This document shows, piece by piece, positions 29,234-38,109 of a DNA stretch of 64,000 bases. The stretch spans positions 2,306-66,305 of the forward strand of contig CAZRWL010000001.1 in NCBI GenBank assembly GCA_964603935.1, written 5' to 3'. Made by a program: the position numbers and the translations under genes. The notes below the pieces were generated by a model. It searched no databases, was not told the origin of the DNA, and saw only the letters and a program-made list of their open reading frames with translations. The first letter of the stretch is position 1. Each line of letters begins with the position of its first letter. Origin of the DNA: an uncultured Gammaproteobacteria bacterium (GTDB taxonomy: Bacteria; Patescibacteriota; Microgenomatia; Levybacterales; UBA12049).

Positions 29234-31099
29234 ATGAATAAGGACTTTCTCAAGGACTTAAACCCTGAGCAGCAAAAGGCAGTTTTAGCTACTGAGGGTC
29301 CAATTATTATTCTGGCAGGCGCGGGCTCGGGAAAAACCCGTGTTCTAACTTACAAAGTCATGTACTTAACAAAAGAGAAAGATGTAAATCCTTTTAATAT
29401 TCTCATGATAACTTTTACCAATAAAGCAGCCAATGAGATGAAAGAACGCGTGCGGCAATCTCTTACTAATGACCAAAGACTAACGACTAGAGACCAGCCT
29501 GCAATCGCTACTTTTCATTCTCTCTGCGCGAAAATCTTAAGAATTGAAGGTAAATACATAGGTCTTCCCCCGCAATTTGCGATTTACGATACTCAAGACC
29601 AAATAGATGCAGTAAAAGAAGCTATGAGAAGGCTTGACATATCAATAAAAGATTACAAACCGTCATCAGTCTTAGCCAATATATCTCAAGCAAAAAATGA
29701 ACTTATAAACGAATCCGAATATCCAAAATACGCAAGGGGTAATTTTCAGGAAAAAGTTGCAAAAATTTATTTTATTTACCAAAAAGTTTTGTCTGAAAAT
29801 AGCGCGCTTGATTTTGACGATCTTCTTGCAAAAACGGTATTTTTATTTGAAAACAATCCTCGAATTCTTCAGAAATATCAGAATCGTTTTCAGTACATAT
29901 TAATTGACGAATATCAGGATACAAACAAAGCGCAATATATTTTGACCAAATATTTAGCTAAAAAATGGAATAATATTTGCGTTGTAGGAGATTTCTCTCA
30001 AAGCATTTATTCATGGAGAGGCGCTGACTTTACCAATCTCACTCGTTTTAAGGAAGATTTCAAAAATACGAAAACATTTTCCCTTTCTCAAAACTATCGC
30101 TCTACACAAAAAATCTTGGATGCTGCATCATCTGTAATCTCTAAAAATACTACTCATCCAGTTCTGACTCTTTGGACGGAAAATTCGGAAGGTGAAGAAG
30201 TTTCAATCTTTGAAGCGCGAAATGAACAACAGGAAATAGAATTTATTGTAAATCAAATTTCAACCCTTCGGCTCCGCTCAGAGCAAGATTTTAAATATTC
30301 GAATATTGCGGTACTGTATAGAACCAATGCTCAATCGCGAATTTTGGAAGAAATTTTCCTGCATAACAGCATTCCCTATATACTTATTGGGGGAACAAGG
30401 TTTTATGAAAGAAAAGAAATTAAAGACGTACTTGCTTATTTAAGAAATCTTAACAACAAAAGCGATAAAATTTCATTAAAGCGCATAGAAAAAATTGGCA
30501 AAAGAAAAATGGAAAAATATTTAGAATTTTCCCGTGAACGGGATCCCGATGCTTCGGGACAAGAAACTATCGAGCTTCTAGACGACGTCCTTAAACAAAC
30601 AGAATATCTTAAATTGTATGACGAAAAAGACGAAGAAGATAGACAAAGACTGGAGAATATTAAGGAACTTCGCTCTGTTGCCCTCAATTTTCCAGACTTA
30701 ACAAATTTCCTGGAAAATGTTTCCCTCGTAGAACAAGAGTATTTACCTGATAACGCCAATGGTCAAAACAAAAAAGATGCGGTAACTTTTATGACTTTAC
30801 ACGCAGCAAAAGGCTTGGAATTCCCTTATGTATTTATGATTGGGATGGAAGAAGGGTTATTTCCCCATTCCCGGTCGCTAATGGACAAACATGCGCTTGA
30901 AGAAGAGAGAAGACTTTGTTATGTTGGAATGACCAGAGCTCGCGAAAGACTTTTTTTAACTTATGCCAGAAGAAGAATTTTCTTTGGACAGAAAATTTCA
31001 AATGTTATTTCCAGATTCGTGTTGGAATTGCCAAGAAATGTAATCGAACAAAATATTCATGCAATCAGCAAGGAAAGCGATACGCAAGATTATTTATGA
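29234..31099 (+). CDS. pcrA: UvrD/PcrA ATP-dependent DNA helicase
   Basis: AGAGSGKT, TFTNKAA, DEYQDTN, QNYRST, TLHAAKGLEF, EERRLCYVGMTRA. Confidence 0.95.
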   Translation: MNKDFLKDLNPEQQKAVLATEGPIIILAGAGSGKTRVLTYKVMYLTKEKDVNPFNILMITFTNKAANEMKERVRQSLTNDQRLTTRDQPAIATFHSLCAKILRIEGKYIGLPPQFAIYDTQDQIDAVKEAMRRLDISIKDYKPSSVLANISQAKNELINESEYPKYARGNFQEKVAKIYFIYQKVLSENSALDFDDLLAKTVFLFENNPRILQKYQNRFQYILIDEYQDTNKAQYILTKYLAKKWNNICVVGDFSQSIYSWRGADFTNLTRFKEDFKNTKTFSLSQNYRSTQKILDAASSVISKNTTHPVLTLWTENSEGEEVSIFEARNEQQEIEFIVNQISTLRLRSEQDFKYSNIAVLYRTNAQSRILEEIFLHNSIPYILIGGTRFYERKEIKDVLAYLRNLNNKSDKISLKRIEKIGKRKMEKYLEFSRERDPDASGQETIELLDDVLKQTEYLKLYDEKDEEDRQRLENIKELRSVALNFPDLTNFLENVSLVEQEYLPDNANGQNKKDAVTFMTLHAAKGLEFPYVFMIGMEEGLFPHSRSLMDKHALEEERRLCYVGMTRARERLFLTYARRRIFFGQKISNVISRFVLELPRNVIEQNIHAISKESDTQDYL

Positions 31100-32031
31100 A
31101 AGACGATTTGCCCAGTCATCCCCTGCAATCAAAGGAATGGGGAGAATTTAGAAAAAAAACAGAAGTCAAAGTAATTAGAATAGGTGGAGTTCAAATGACA
31201 GTCCACAAAATTCCCCATATGCCTTGGACAATCGGCTATGTACCAAAAGGACCTTTGCCTACGCAAGATATGATTTCCGATCTCAAAAAAATTGGCAAAC
31301 AGGAAAAATGCATTTTTATTCAACTAGAACCCAACGCCTCAAAAATTTCAAATTTCAAATTTCAAATTTCAAATTTGGGGCTTCGGCCGTCTGTTCATCC
31401 TCTTTTTACCAAATATACCTTCATTCTTGATCTGACAAAATCAGAAGAAGAATTATTAAAAGCAATGCATCCGAAAACTCGTTACAACATCAAAGTAGCG
31501 CTTAAACATGGTGTTAAAATTGTTGAAGATAATTCGGACGGGACATTTGAAACTTATTTAGATCTCACAAAAGAAACAACCAAGCGTCAAGGTTTTTATG
31601 CACACACAGAAATGTACCATCAGCTAATGTGGGATACTCTTAAAAATAAGATAGCTCACTTACTTTTGGCAAAATATGGGAAGCAAACGCTGGCGGCGTG
31701 GATTTTATTTGTTTACAAAGATACCCTTTATTACCCATATGGAGCTTCCTCAAGCTTACATAGAGAAACAATGGCATCCAATCTAATGATGTGGGAAGCA
31801 ATAAGGTTTGGAAAAAAATTAGGTCTTAAAAGATTTGACATGTGGGGAGCGCTAGAGCCAAATCCGGACAAGAATGATTCCTGGTATGGATTTCACAAAT
31901 TTAAAGAAGGGTATGGACCGCAACATGTGGAGTTTTTAGGAAGCTTCGACCTGATTATAAACCCCGTGCTTTATCAACTCTATAAAATATTAGACAAGAT
32001 TAGATGGATATTTCTAGGGCTTAAAAAATGA
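31096..32031 (+). CDS. FemAB/FemX-family peptidoglycan bridge peptidyltransferase
   Basis: HPLQSKEWGEF, MHPKTRYNI, YYPYGAS, FKEGYG; ATGA overlap with the pcrA stop puts the start at 31096. Confidence 0.88.
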   Translation: MKDDLPSHPLQSKEWGEFRKKTEVKVIRIGGVQMTVHKIPHMPWTIGYVPKGPLPTQDMISDLKKIGKQEKCIFIQLEPNASKISNFKFQISNLGLRPSVHPLFTKYTFILDLTKSEEELLKAMHPKTRYNIKVALKHGVKIVEDNSDGTFETYLDLTKETTKRQGFYAHTEMYHQLMWDTLKNKIAHLLLAKYGKQTLAAWILFVYKDTLYYPYGASSSLHRETMASNLMMWEAIRFGKKLGLKRFDMWGALEPNPDKNDSWYGFHKFKEGYGPQHVEFLGSFDLIINPVLYQLYKILDKIRWIFLGLKK

Positions 32032-33395
32032 AAAGAATTATTCCTCTTTTTTTCTCAATTTCTCTTTTTTTAATAATAAAAATTGCCAACAATAGCGTTC
32101 GTCTTTCAGACACAAATATATATTTCAATATTGCCTACCAGATATCTCAAGGCAAACTTCTTTATAAAGACATATTTTTCTCTAATTTTCCTTTTTTTTC
32201 CTACGCGTCTTCTTTTTATTATATGTTGAGCGGAAAAAATATAGATTTTTTTTATCTTACATCTGCCATCGAAGTTTCCGTAATTACAATCTTCATATAT
32301 CTTATTGTTTATAGAAAAACGACAGACTATATGGTCTCAATAATAAGTTCTCTTTTGTATATTTTCTCCTTCATTGTCCTTTCGACCTCCGATCATCAGA
32401 CAGGAATCTTCACTGCTTCCCTGTTCGCAATATTGAGCTACTATTTTTTCCAAGAAAAAAAGATGCTGCTGTCGGGAATTTTTATTGCCATATCTTTTCT
32501 TACAAAAGCCTATCTTCTGCCCATCCTAATCTCCTTTTACATGTATTTAACGATCAAAAAAGAATGGAAAAAATCATTAAAATTCAGCATAGGATTGGGA
32601 GCAGTAGGATTAATAATATTGTTACCCTTTTTAATACAAGCTCCCAAAGCTTTTTTCTCCGATATATTTGGCTTTTCTTTAACTCGTCCGATTGGTCTTT
32701 CAAAAATAAACATAATGTGGTTTTTCATAGTAAAAGACTTTCCGCTTTTTGTTTTGTTATTGTTCAACATAATCAACATTAGAAGAAATGTCCTGTTTGG
32801 CTTAATGTCAATTTTGTCTATTATCTTTTTCGCAGGCTATAAAGACATCTATTATCTTTATCTTAATTTCCTGACACCCTTTCTCTGCATTTCTTTTTAT
32901 GAATTAGATTATTTCTTTAAAAATAAATTGAATTTACAGAAAATGGTAATTCCAACTATAATTTTAGCTTTCCTGTTATATAATTTGATTACCTACTTAA
33001 GCGCATATAGAAATTTAGGAAAACTTCCGGAAATTAATAAAGTTATAGGAATAATCCTTGAAGAAAAACCTGATTTTTTGTTTGGAGTAAATGATATTAC
33101 TCCGCTGCTGCTTTCGCTTACTAAAATTCCACCCCTTGAAAATGTCAGCGATGCACACGAATATTTTTTTACAAAGGGCGTTTATGACAGAAAACTCTTA
33201 ACAGAGAAAGCAATCTCGAACAAAACTGTTGTCATTGCTCATGGAGCAAATTATCCTCAATATGGAATCCAACAGGACATATTAGATAATATTTTTATAA
33301 AAGATTCTATCTATGAATCTTGCAAGATTATCCTAAGCGTTCCGGTTCAAGCTGAAGGAGATACCAACAGAATAAATCTATTTAAATGCTATTAA
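32028..33395 (+). CDS. GT-C-like membrane glycosyltransferase
   Basis: SDTNIY..GKLLYKDIF; many TMs. Confidence 0.68.
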   Translation: MKRIIPLFFSISLFLIIKIANNSVRLSDTNIYFNIAYQISQGKLLYKDIFFSNFPFFSYASSFYYMLSGKNIDFFYLTSAIEVSVITIFIYLIVYRKTTDYMVSIISSLLYIFSFIVLSTSDHQTGIFTASLFAILSYYFFQEKKMLLSGIFIAISFLTKAYLLPILISFYMYLTIKKEWKKSLKFSIGLGAVGLIILLPFLIQAPKAFFSDIFGFSLTRPIGLSKINIMWFFIVKDFPLFVLLLFNIINIRRNVLFGLMSILSIIFFAGYKDIYYLYLNFLTPFLCISFYELDYFFKNKLNLQKMVIPTIILAFLLYNLITYLSAYRNLGKLPEINKVIGIILEEKPDFLFGVNDITPLLLSLTKIPPLENVSDAHEYFFTKGVYDRKLLTEKAISNKTVVIAHGANYPQYGIQQDILDNIFIKDSIYESCKIILSVPVQAEGDTNRINLFKCY

Positions 33396-33919
33396 ACTTT
33401 ATATAAATAGATATTATTTGCTTTATCGTAAGCAACAAGAGGCAAATTAGTTTTATATCTAAAACTTACCAATAAAGTCCCGCTTCTTAACTCCTTTAAA
33501 AATTTTGGCCTGAGTCTTTCCAGAGCTTTGGGAACAAGATAAACAAAAACTACGGATGCTGAAGAAATATTTACATGATGAAAATTTTTCTTAATAATTC
33601 TTACTTTCTCATCTAATCCGTTTAGTCTAAATCTAAGCTTGGAGAATAAGTATCGTAGAGGATCGATCTCTATACCAACTCCCCGCGCTCCAAATTCTTT
33701 TGCTGCAATGCTAAGAGCTGTCCCATCACCGCATCCCAAATCACAAACGACATCTTTCTTGCCAACTTTTGCCAACCGGCACATCGCGCGGGCTACCTTC
33801 TTATTTGTTCTCCACCAGGGAGCCCACGGACTGTCCGGCGGCCAAACCCAAGATAAGAGTACCAGAAGAAAAATTATTATTAATAATAAAACTATATTTA
33901 TAATCCACCACAATGTCAT
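33392..33919 (-). CDS. Membrane-anchored SAM-dependent methyltransferase (FAM173-like)
   Basis: TM, APWWRT, DLGCGDG, GIEIDP, VVFVYL. Confidence 0.8.
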   Translation of the reverse strand: MTLWWIINIVLLLIIIFLLVLLSWVWPPDSPWAPWWRTNKKVARAMCRLAKVGKKDVVCDLGCGDGTALSIAAKEFGARGVGIEIDPLRYLFSKLRFRLNGLDEKVRIIKKNFHHVNISSASVVFVYLVPKALERLRPKFLKELRSGTLLVSFRYKTNLPLVAYDKANNIYLYKV

Positions 33920-33920
33920 A

Positions 33921-34226
33921 TTAAATTTTAAACATCACCCTCCCAACAATGTCTTTTTTTCTCACCCAGCCAAAATGCCTGCTATCTGTGCTTTCTCTCC
34001 TGTTGTCTCCGGTAACAAAAAAGATGTCTCCGTCAGCTGACGGCTTTATTTTTGCGATTCGTTTTATTATAAACTTTTCTCTCTTCAAAACAACAACATC
34101 TCTAATCCTGGGTTTATTTAAGAGATATGAAAGTCTATTCACCAAAATCCTATCGCCCACTCTAAATGCAGGAGTCATGCTATTACCTTTAATTTGAAAT
34201 TTAAAAAGAGGGAGTAAGCTAAACAC
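33921..34226 (-). CDS. sodX: Nickel-SOD maturation protease (S26 family)
   Basis: GNSMTP, IIKRI, GDN..STDSRHFG; directly downstream of sodN. Confidence 0.85.
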   Translation of the reverse strand: MFSLLPLFKFQIKGNSMTPAFRVGDRILVNRLSYLLNKPRIRDVVVLKREKFIIKRIAKIKPSADGDIFFVTGDNRRESTDSRHFGWVRKKDIVGRVMFKI

Positions 34227-34663
34227 TATTTCGCTTTAGACTTTACAAATATTCCTGCTATTTCATCTACCGCTTTCACCAATTCCTGGGCGGCTTGTAA
34301 ATTTACTTCCTGTTTATTCTTAGAACAAAGTTTTGCTGCTTGCCAAAATTTTTCGTGCAGATTAGAGAATCGAACTAAATGTTCAGGCTTAAAATAATCA
34401 GTCCATAATATTAAAAGTTCCTCTTTGCATCTTCTCGCATGTTCTTCTTTGGTTAGAACACAACGGACAAATTTACTTCTATCATTAACTGTGGGTTTCT
34501 CCGCAGGCAAGTCTTGAATTAATTGCACCATTTTTAAAACTGTTTGCGCTGCAATTTGGGCTGACTTCGGATCATAAATTCCGCAAGGCACATCACAATG
34601 AGCATAAGCTATCCTTACCGGAAGAAACTTTGAGATTATTATAGATATACTTCTCGGAATCAT
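34226..34663 (-). CDS. sodN: Nickel superoxide dismutase precursor
   Basis: Leader ending AYA, then Ni-hook HCDVPCGIYDP; LWTDYFKPEH. Confidence 0.95.
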   Translation of the reverse strand: MIPRSISIIISKFLPVRIAYAHCDVPCGIYDPKSAQIAAQTVLKMVQLIQDLPAEKPTVNDRSKFVRCVLTKEEHARRCKEELLILWTDYFKPEHLVRFSNLHEKFWQAAKLCSKNKQEVNLQAAQELVKAVDEIAGIFVKSKAK

Positions 34664-34708
34664 ATGACAATATAATACTAATCTCTTTTGAAAAAACTGT
34701 CAATTCGC

Positions 34709-35788
34709 CTAATCATCATTTAAATCTCTCTCAAATCTTACAAAACGCTTTATCGCTTCTGCAAATGGTACGATTGTCAATAAATATCTTAAAAAAATAA
34801 GCTGCTGAAGTACGTATGCAAAAATTCCGGAAATGTAAAATTTGCCCATTGCAAATGTGGCAAAATGGCCTCCCAAAGGAATTACATATCCCATATCTCG
34901 ATAGTCGAAAACTAAAAGAGGTTCGTTTCTGATAGATCTTAGTATGTTTTCTGCCGCAATCTTACCCATCTCTATAGCCTTCGGGGCAACACCAGGGAAA
35001 ATTGCATCTCCTATTGCAAAAACGTTCTTTAAGTTTTTTACTGCAAGGTTTTCGTCAATTTCAATCTTGCCTAAAAGATTATTCGATTTAACTCCTCCGG
35101 TCCAGACAAATACATCGTAAGGAAGCGTTTCTTCCCCTTTCAATTCAATTGCTTCTTTGGAAACTTTTTTTATATGCTTTCCAAACAGGAGATTCACTCC
35201 GCTTCTTTCCAATCTTTTCTTAGCGAGCATGGAAATTCCTTCCCCTAGCTCCTTTAACAGCATGGTTGAACCTTGAATAAGCGTAATGCCCAAATGACCT
35301 TTATGAATTGCCAGTTCGCAGGCAAGTTCTGTTCCCGAAAATCCTCCTCCACCTATTATAATTGTTTTGGCAATTTTCAAGGCATTTTTTATTTTCGTTG
35401 CGTCTTCCAATGTTTTCAGCGGAATTCCGTATTCCTTAATTCCGGGTATACCAAAGTCTGCAGATTCGCTTCCTAGCGCAAAAACCAAATAGTCATAAGA
35501 ATACTCCCCGTTGTTATCCAGGAAGATTTTTTGGCGCTCTGTATCTATTTTTTCAACATTTCCTTTAACCACTTCAAAGGCATTATTAAATATAGATTTG
35601 TATGGAATGGTTGCATTCCTTTCCGACTCTTCTGCAGCCGCAACCTCATAAAGCGACGGGGTAAAGGTATGAGAACTATTCCTGTCAATAATAATTACAT
35701 TTAAATCATAAGATCTGATTTTATTTTTAAGAGTAAGAGCAGTTCTTATTCCCGCAAATCCCCCTCCCAAAATAATAACTCTTTTCAT
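34709..35788 (-). CDS. Type II NADH dehydrogenase-like FAD oxidoreductase
   Basis: GGGFAG, YDYLVFALGS, GGGFSGTELA, VFAIGD. Confidence 0.82.
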   Translation of the reverse strand: MKRVIILGGGFAGIRTALTLKNKIRSYDLNVIIIDRNSSHTFTPSLYEVAAAEESERNATIPYKSIFNNAFEVVKGNVEKIDTERQKIFLDNNGEYSYDYLVFALGSESADFGIPGIKEYGIPLKTLEDATKIKNALKIAKTIIIGGGGFSGTELACELAIHKGHLGITLIQGSTMLLKELGEGISMLAKKRLERSGVNLLFGKHIKKVSKEAIELKGEETLPYDVFVWTGGVKSNNLLGKIEIDENLAVKNLKNVFAIGDAIFPGVAPKAIEMGKIAAENILRSIRNEPLLVFDYRDMGYVIPLGGHFATFAMGKFYISGIFAYVLQQLIFLRYLLTIVPFAEAIKRFVRFERDLNDD

Positions 35789-35857
35789 CTATACCTTTCC
35801 TATCTTATCTATTCCATAAACTTTTCTCAAGATGTATACTGTAAAACAGAGGATTAT

Positions 35858-36799
35858 ATGATGCCTAATCATTTTGACGCTATATGTGTCGGGAATGCAA
35901 AAATAGACACTTTCCTTACGCTCCATGAGGCAAATTCCCACCTTCGCTTAATAAAAGATACTAATGAACTTTGTATAAAATTCGGAGAAAAAATAACTGT
36001 TGACAAAGCGGAAATCCTGCTTGGGGGAAATGCAGCGAATGTGGCGGTTGGCATCTCTCGTCTTGGATTAAATGCAGGCATTGTCGCAGAAATAGGTAAA
36101 GACGAATTTGCGCAGAAAATAATAAATACCTTGTCCAAGGAAAAAGTTGATGTCTCAAATGTTACCCAAACAGAAGGAGCGCAATCCTCTTTTTCCACGA
36201 TCATTAATTTTAAAAACGAAAGGACAATTTTCTCAGAACACGTAAAAAGACTGCATAATTTCGACCTTGACAATCTTTCAGCAAAATGGGTTTACTTAAC
36301 CTCTTTGGGAGAGGAATGGCGAAACGCCTACAATAAAGTCTTCCATTTCGTTAAAGAAAAACAGTGTTTACTCGCTTTTAATCCCGGTACACTGCAAATC
36401 AAAAGCGGTAAAAATAGCATAGAAAATCTCTTATCGATTACAAATCTCCTTTTTGTAAACAAGGAAGAAGGAGAAGAATTACTAAATTATCCTAAGGGGC
36501 AAAATACAATTCAAGAAATCATTGTAAATTTACAAAAACTCGGACCAAAGATAGTCGTGGTTACGGATGGAAAAAACGGATCTTACGCGATTGATGAAAA
36601 AGATGAAATTTTTAAGCAAGGGATAACTAAGGAAATAAAGGTTGTGGAAAAAACCGGAGCAGGAGATGCTTATTCATCGGGTTTCCTTTCCTCAATGATA
36701 CGCAATAAATCAATTACGGATGCTATGATCTGGGGCGCGAAAAATTCAGCGTCTGTTATACGTAAAGTCGGCGCTCAAGCCGGACTTCTTTATGATTGA
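35858..36799 (+). CDS. PfkB-family carbohydrate kinase
   Basis: GGNAANVA, NKEE, VTDGKNG, TGAGDAY. Confidence 0.9.
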   Translation: MMPNHFDAICVGNAKIDTFLTLHEANSHLRLIKDTNELCIKFGEKITVDKAEILLGGNAANVAVGISRLGLNAGIVAEIGKDEFAQKIINTLSKEKVDVSNVTQTEGAQSSFSTIINFKNERTIFSEHVKRLHNFDLDNLSAKWVYLTSLGEEWRNAYNKVFHFVKEKQCLLAFNPGTLQIKSGKNSIENLLSITNLLFVNKEEGEELLNYPKGQNTIQEIIVNLQKLGPKIVVVTDGKNGSYAIDEKDEIFKQGITKEIKVVEKTGAGDAYSSGFLSSMIRNKSITDAMIWGAKNSASVIRKVGAQAGLLYD

Positions 36800-37652
36800 C
36801 AATCTAGGGTACAAAAAAAATCTTTTCATACTTCCATTCGACCACAGAGCATCATTTGCGAAAATGTTTGGATTTGCAAATTTAACTCTTGAGGAAAAAA
36901 ATTATATTGTTTCTGCCAAAAAACTTATCTATGAAGCTTTCAGAATGTCTCTCTCTCAAGGAATTTCAAAGAAAGAAGCCGCAATCTTGGTTGACGAAGA
37001 ATACGGAGATGAAATTTTAAAAGATGCCGGAAATCAAGGGATTACAACTATTTTAACTGCGGAAAAAAGCGGGCTCGCCTCGCCGCGAAGCGGGCAAGAA
37101 GGATTTAGCTTTGAGTATGGAGATAAATTTGCGCAGCATTTAGAAAAATATAAACCTACTTTTGCAAAAGCATTGATTCGATATAAACCGAATGCAGATT
37201 GGGTTAATTTAAAAGTCCTTTCGGATTATTGCCATACTCACGGATATAAGTTTTTGCTGGAAATGTTAATGGGATTAGACATTCCTAATGCGCAAAATTT
37301 TTTACCCGCAATCGAGGAGCTCAAAGAATTAGGTATTGAGCCTGATGTCTGGAAATTAGAAGGAATGGAAAATAAAAATGACTATGAACTTGTTGTTGCA
37401 AAAATTAGAGAAGGAGAAAGACAAAATGTAGGACTTGTCATCTTGGGACGCGGAGAAAGCAAGGAAAAAGTAGAACAGTGGATAATGGCTGGAAAAGATG
37501 TAAGCGGAGTGATAGGATTTGCAGTGGGCCGGACAATTTTTGCGGATTCCCTGAAAAAATACAAAGATGGTAAAATAGATAAAAATAAAGCAATAGAAAA
37601 AATTAGCGATAATTTTTTACATTTTTACCATATTTTTATAAATAAACAATGA
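36792..37652 (+). CDS. DUF2090/IolC-associated class I aldolase-like protein
   Basis: ILPFDHR, ILVDEEYG, PDVWKLEG, VILGRG, GFAVGRTIF. Confidence 0.82.
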   Translation: MIDNLGYKKNLFILPFDHRASFAKMFGFANLTLEEKNYIVSAKKLIYEAFRMSLSQGISKKEAAILVDEEYGDEILKDAGNQGITTILTAEKSGLASPRSGQEGFSFEYGDKFAQHLEKYKPTFAKALIRYKPNADWVNLKVLSDYCHTHGYKFLLEMLMGLDIPNAQNFLPAIEELKELGIEPDVWKLEGMENKNDYELVVAKIREGERQNVGLVILGRGESKEKVEQWIMAGKDVSGVIGFAVGRTIFADSLKKYKDGKIDKNKAIEKISDNFLHFYHIFINKQ

Positions 37653-38104
37653 AGATTTATTTGGGGACAGACCATGCGGGATTTGAGCTGAAGGAACAAA
37701 TTAAAGAATACCTCATTCAAGAACATTATGATGTTGTTGATTGCGGCGCTTACTCATTTGATAAAAATGATGACTATCCGGACTTTATCGGTAAAGTTGG
37801 AGAGAATGTTTCGAAAGATTTAAGCTCTCGCGGCGTTGTACTGGGGAAATCAGGGGCAGGAGAGTGCATTGTGGCTAATAAATATAAAAATGTGCGGGCA
37901 TTTCTTGCAGTCAATGAAAAAAATGTTAGGCTTGCAAGAGAACATAATGATGCAAATGTTATTTCTGTCGGATCAGAAATTGTTTCCCCTACCGAGACCA
38001 AAACGCTTATAAAACTTTTCCTTGAAACTCCATTTCCGGGAGACGAGCGCCATGCAAGAAGAATTAATAAAATTAAAGCGATTGAAGGAAGTCAGACTTC
38101 CTGA
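37649..38104 (+). CDS. rpiB: Ribose-5-phosphate isomerase B
   Basis: DHAGFELK, DDYPD, SGAGE, AREHNDAN, RHARRI. Confidence 0.93.
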   Translation: MKIYLGTDHAGFELKEQIKEYLIQEHYDVVDCGAYSFDKNDDYPDFIGKVGENVSKDLSSRGVVLGKSGAGECIVANKYKNVRAFLAVNEKNVRLAREHNDANVISVGSEIVSPTETKTLIKLFLETPFPGDERHARRINKIKAIEGSQTS

Positions 38105-38109
38105 AAAAA

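Noticed and set aside
30916-31095. Extended N-terminus of the FemAB-like ORF (likewise 12104-12232 of csaA)
   Set aside because: Overlaps neighbouring genes; downstream ATGs at 31096 and 12233 fit family starts better.
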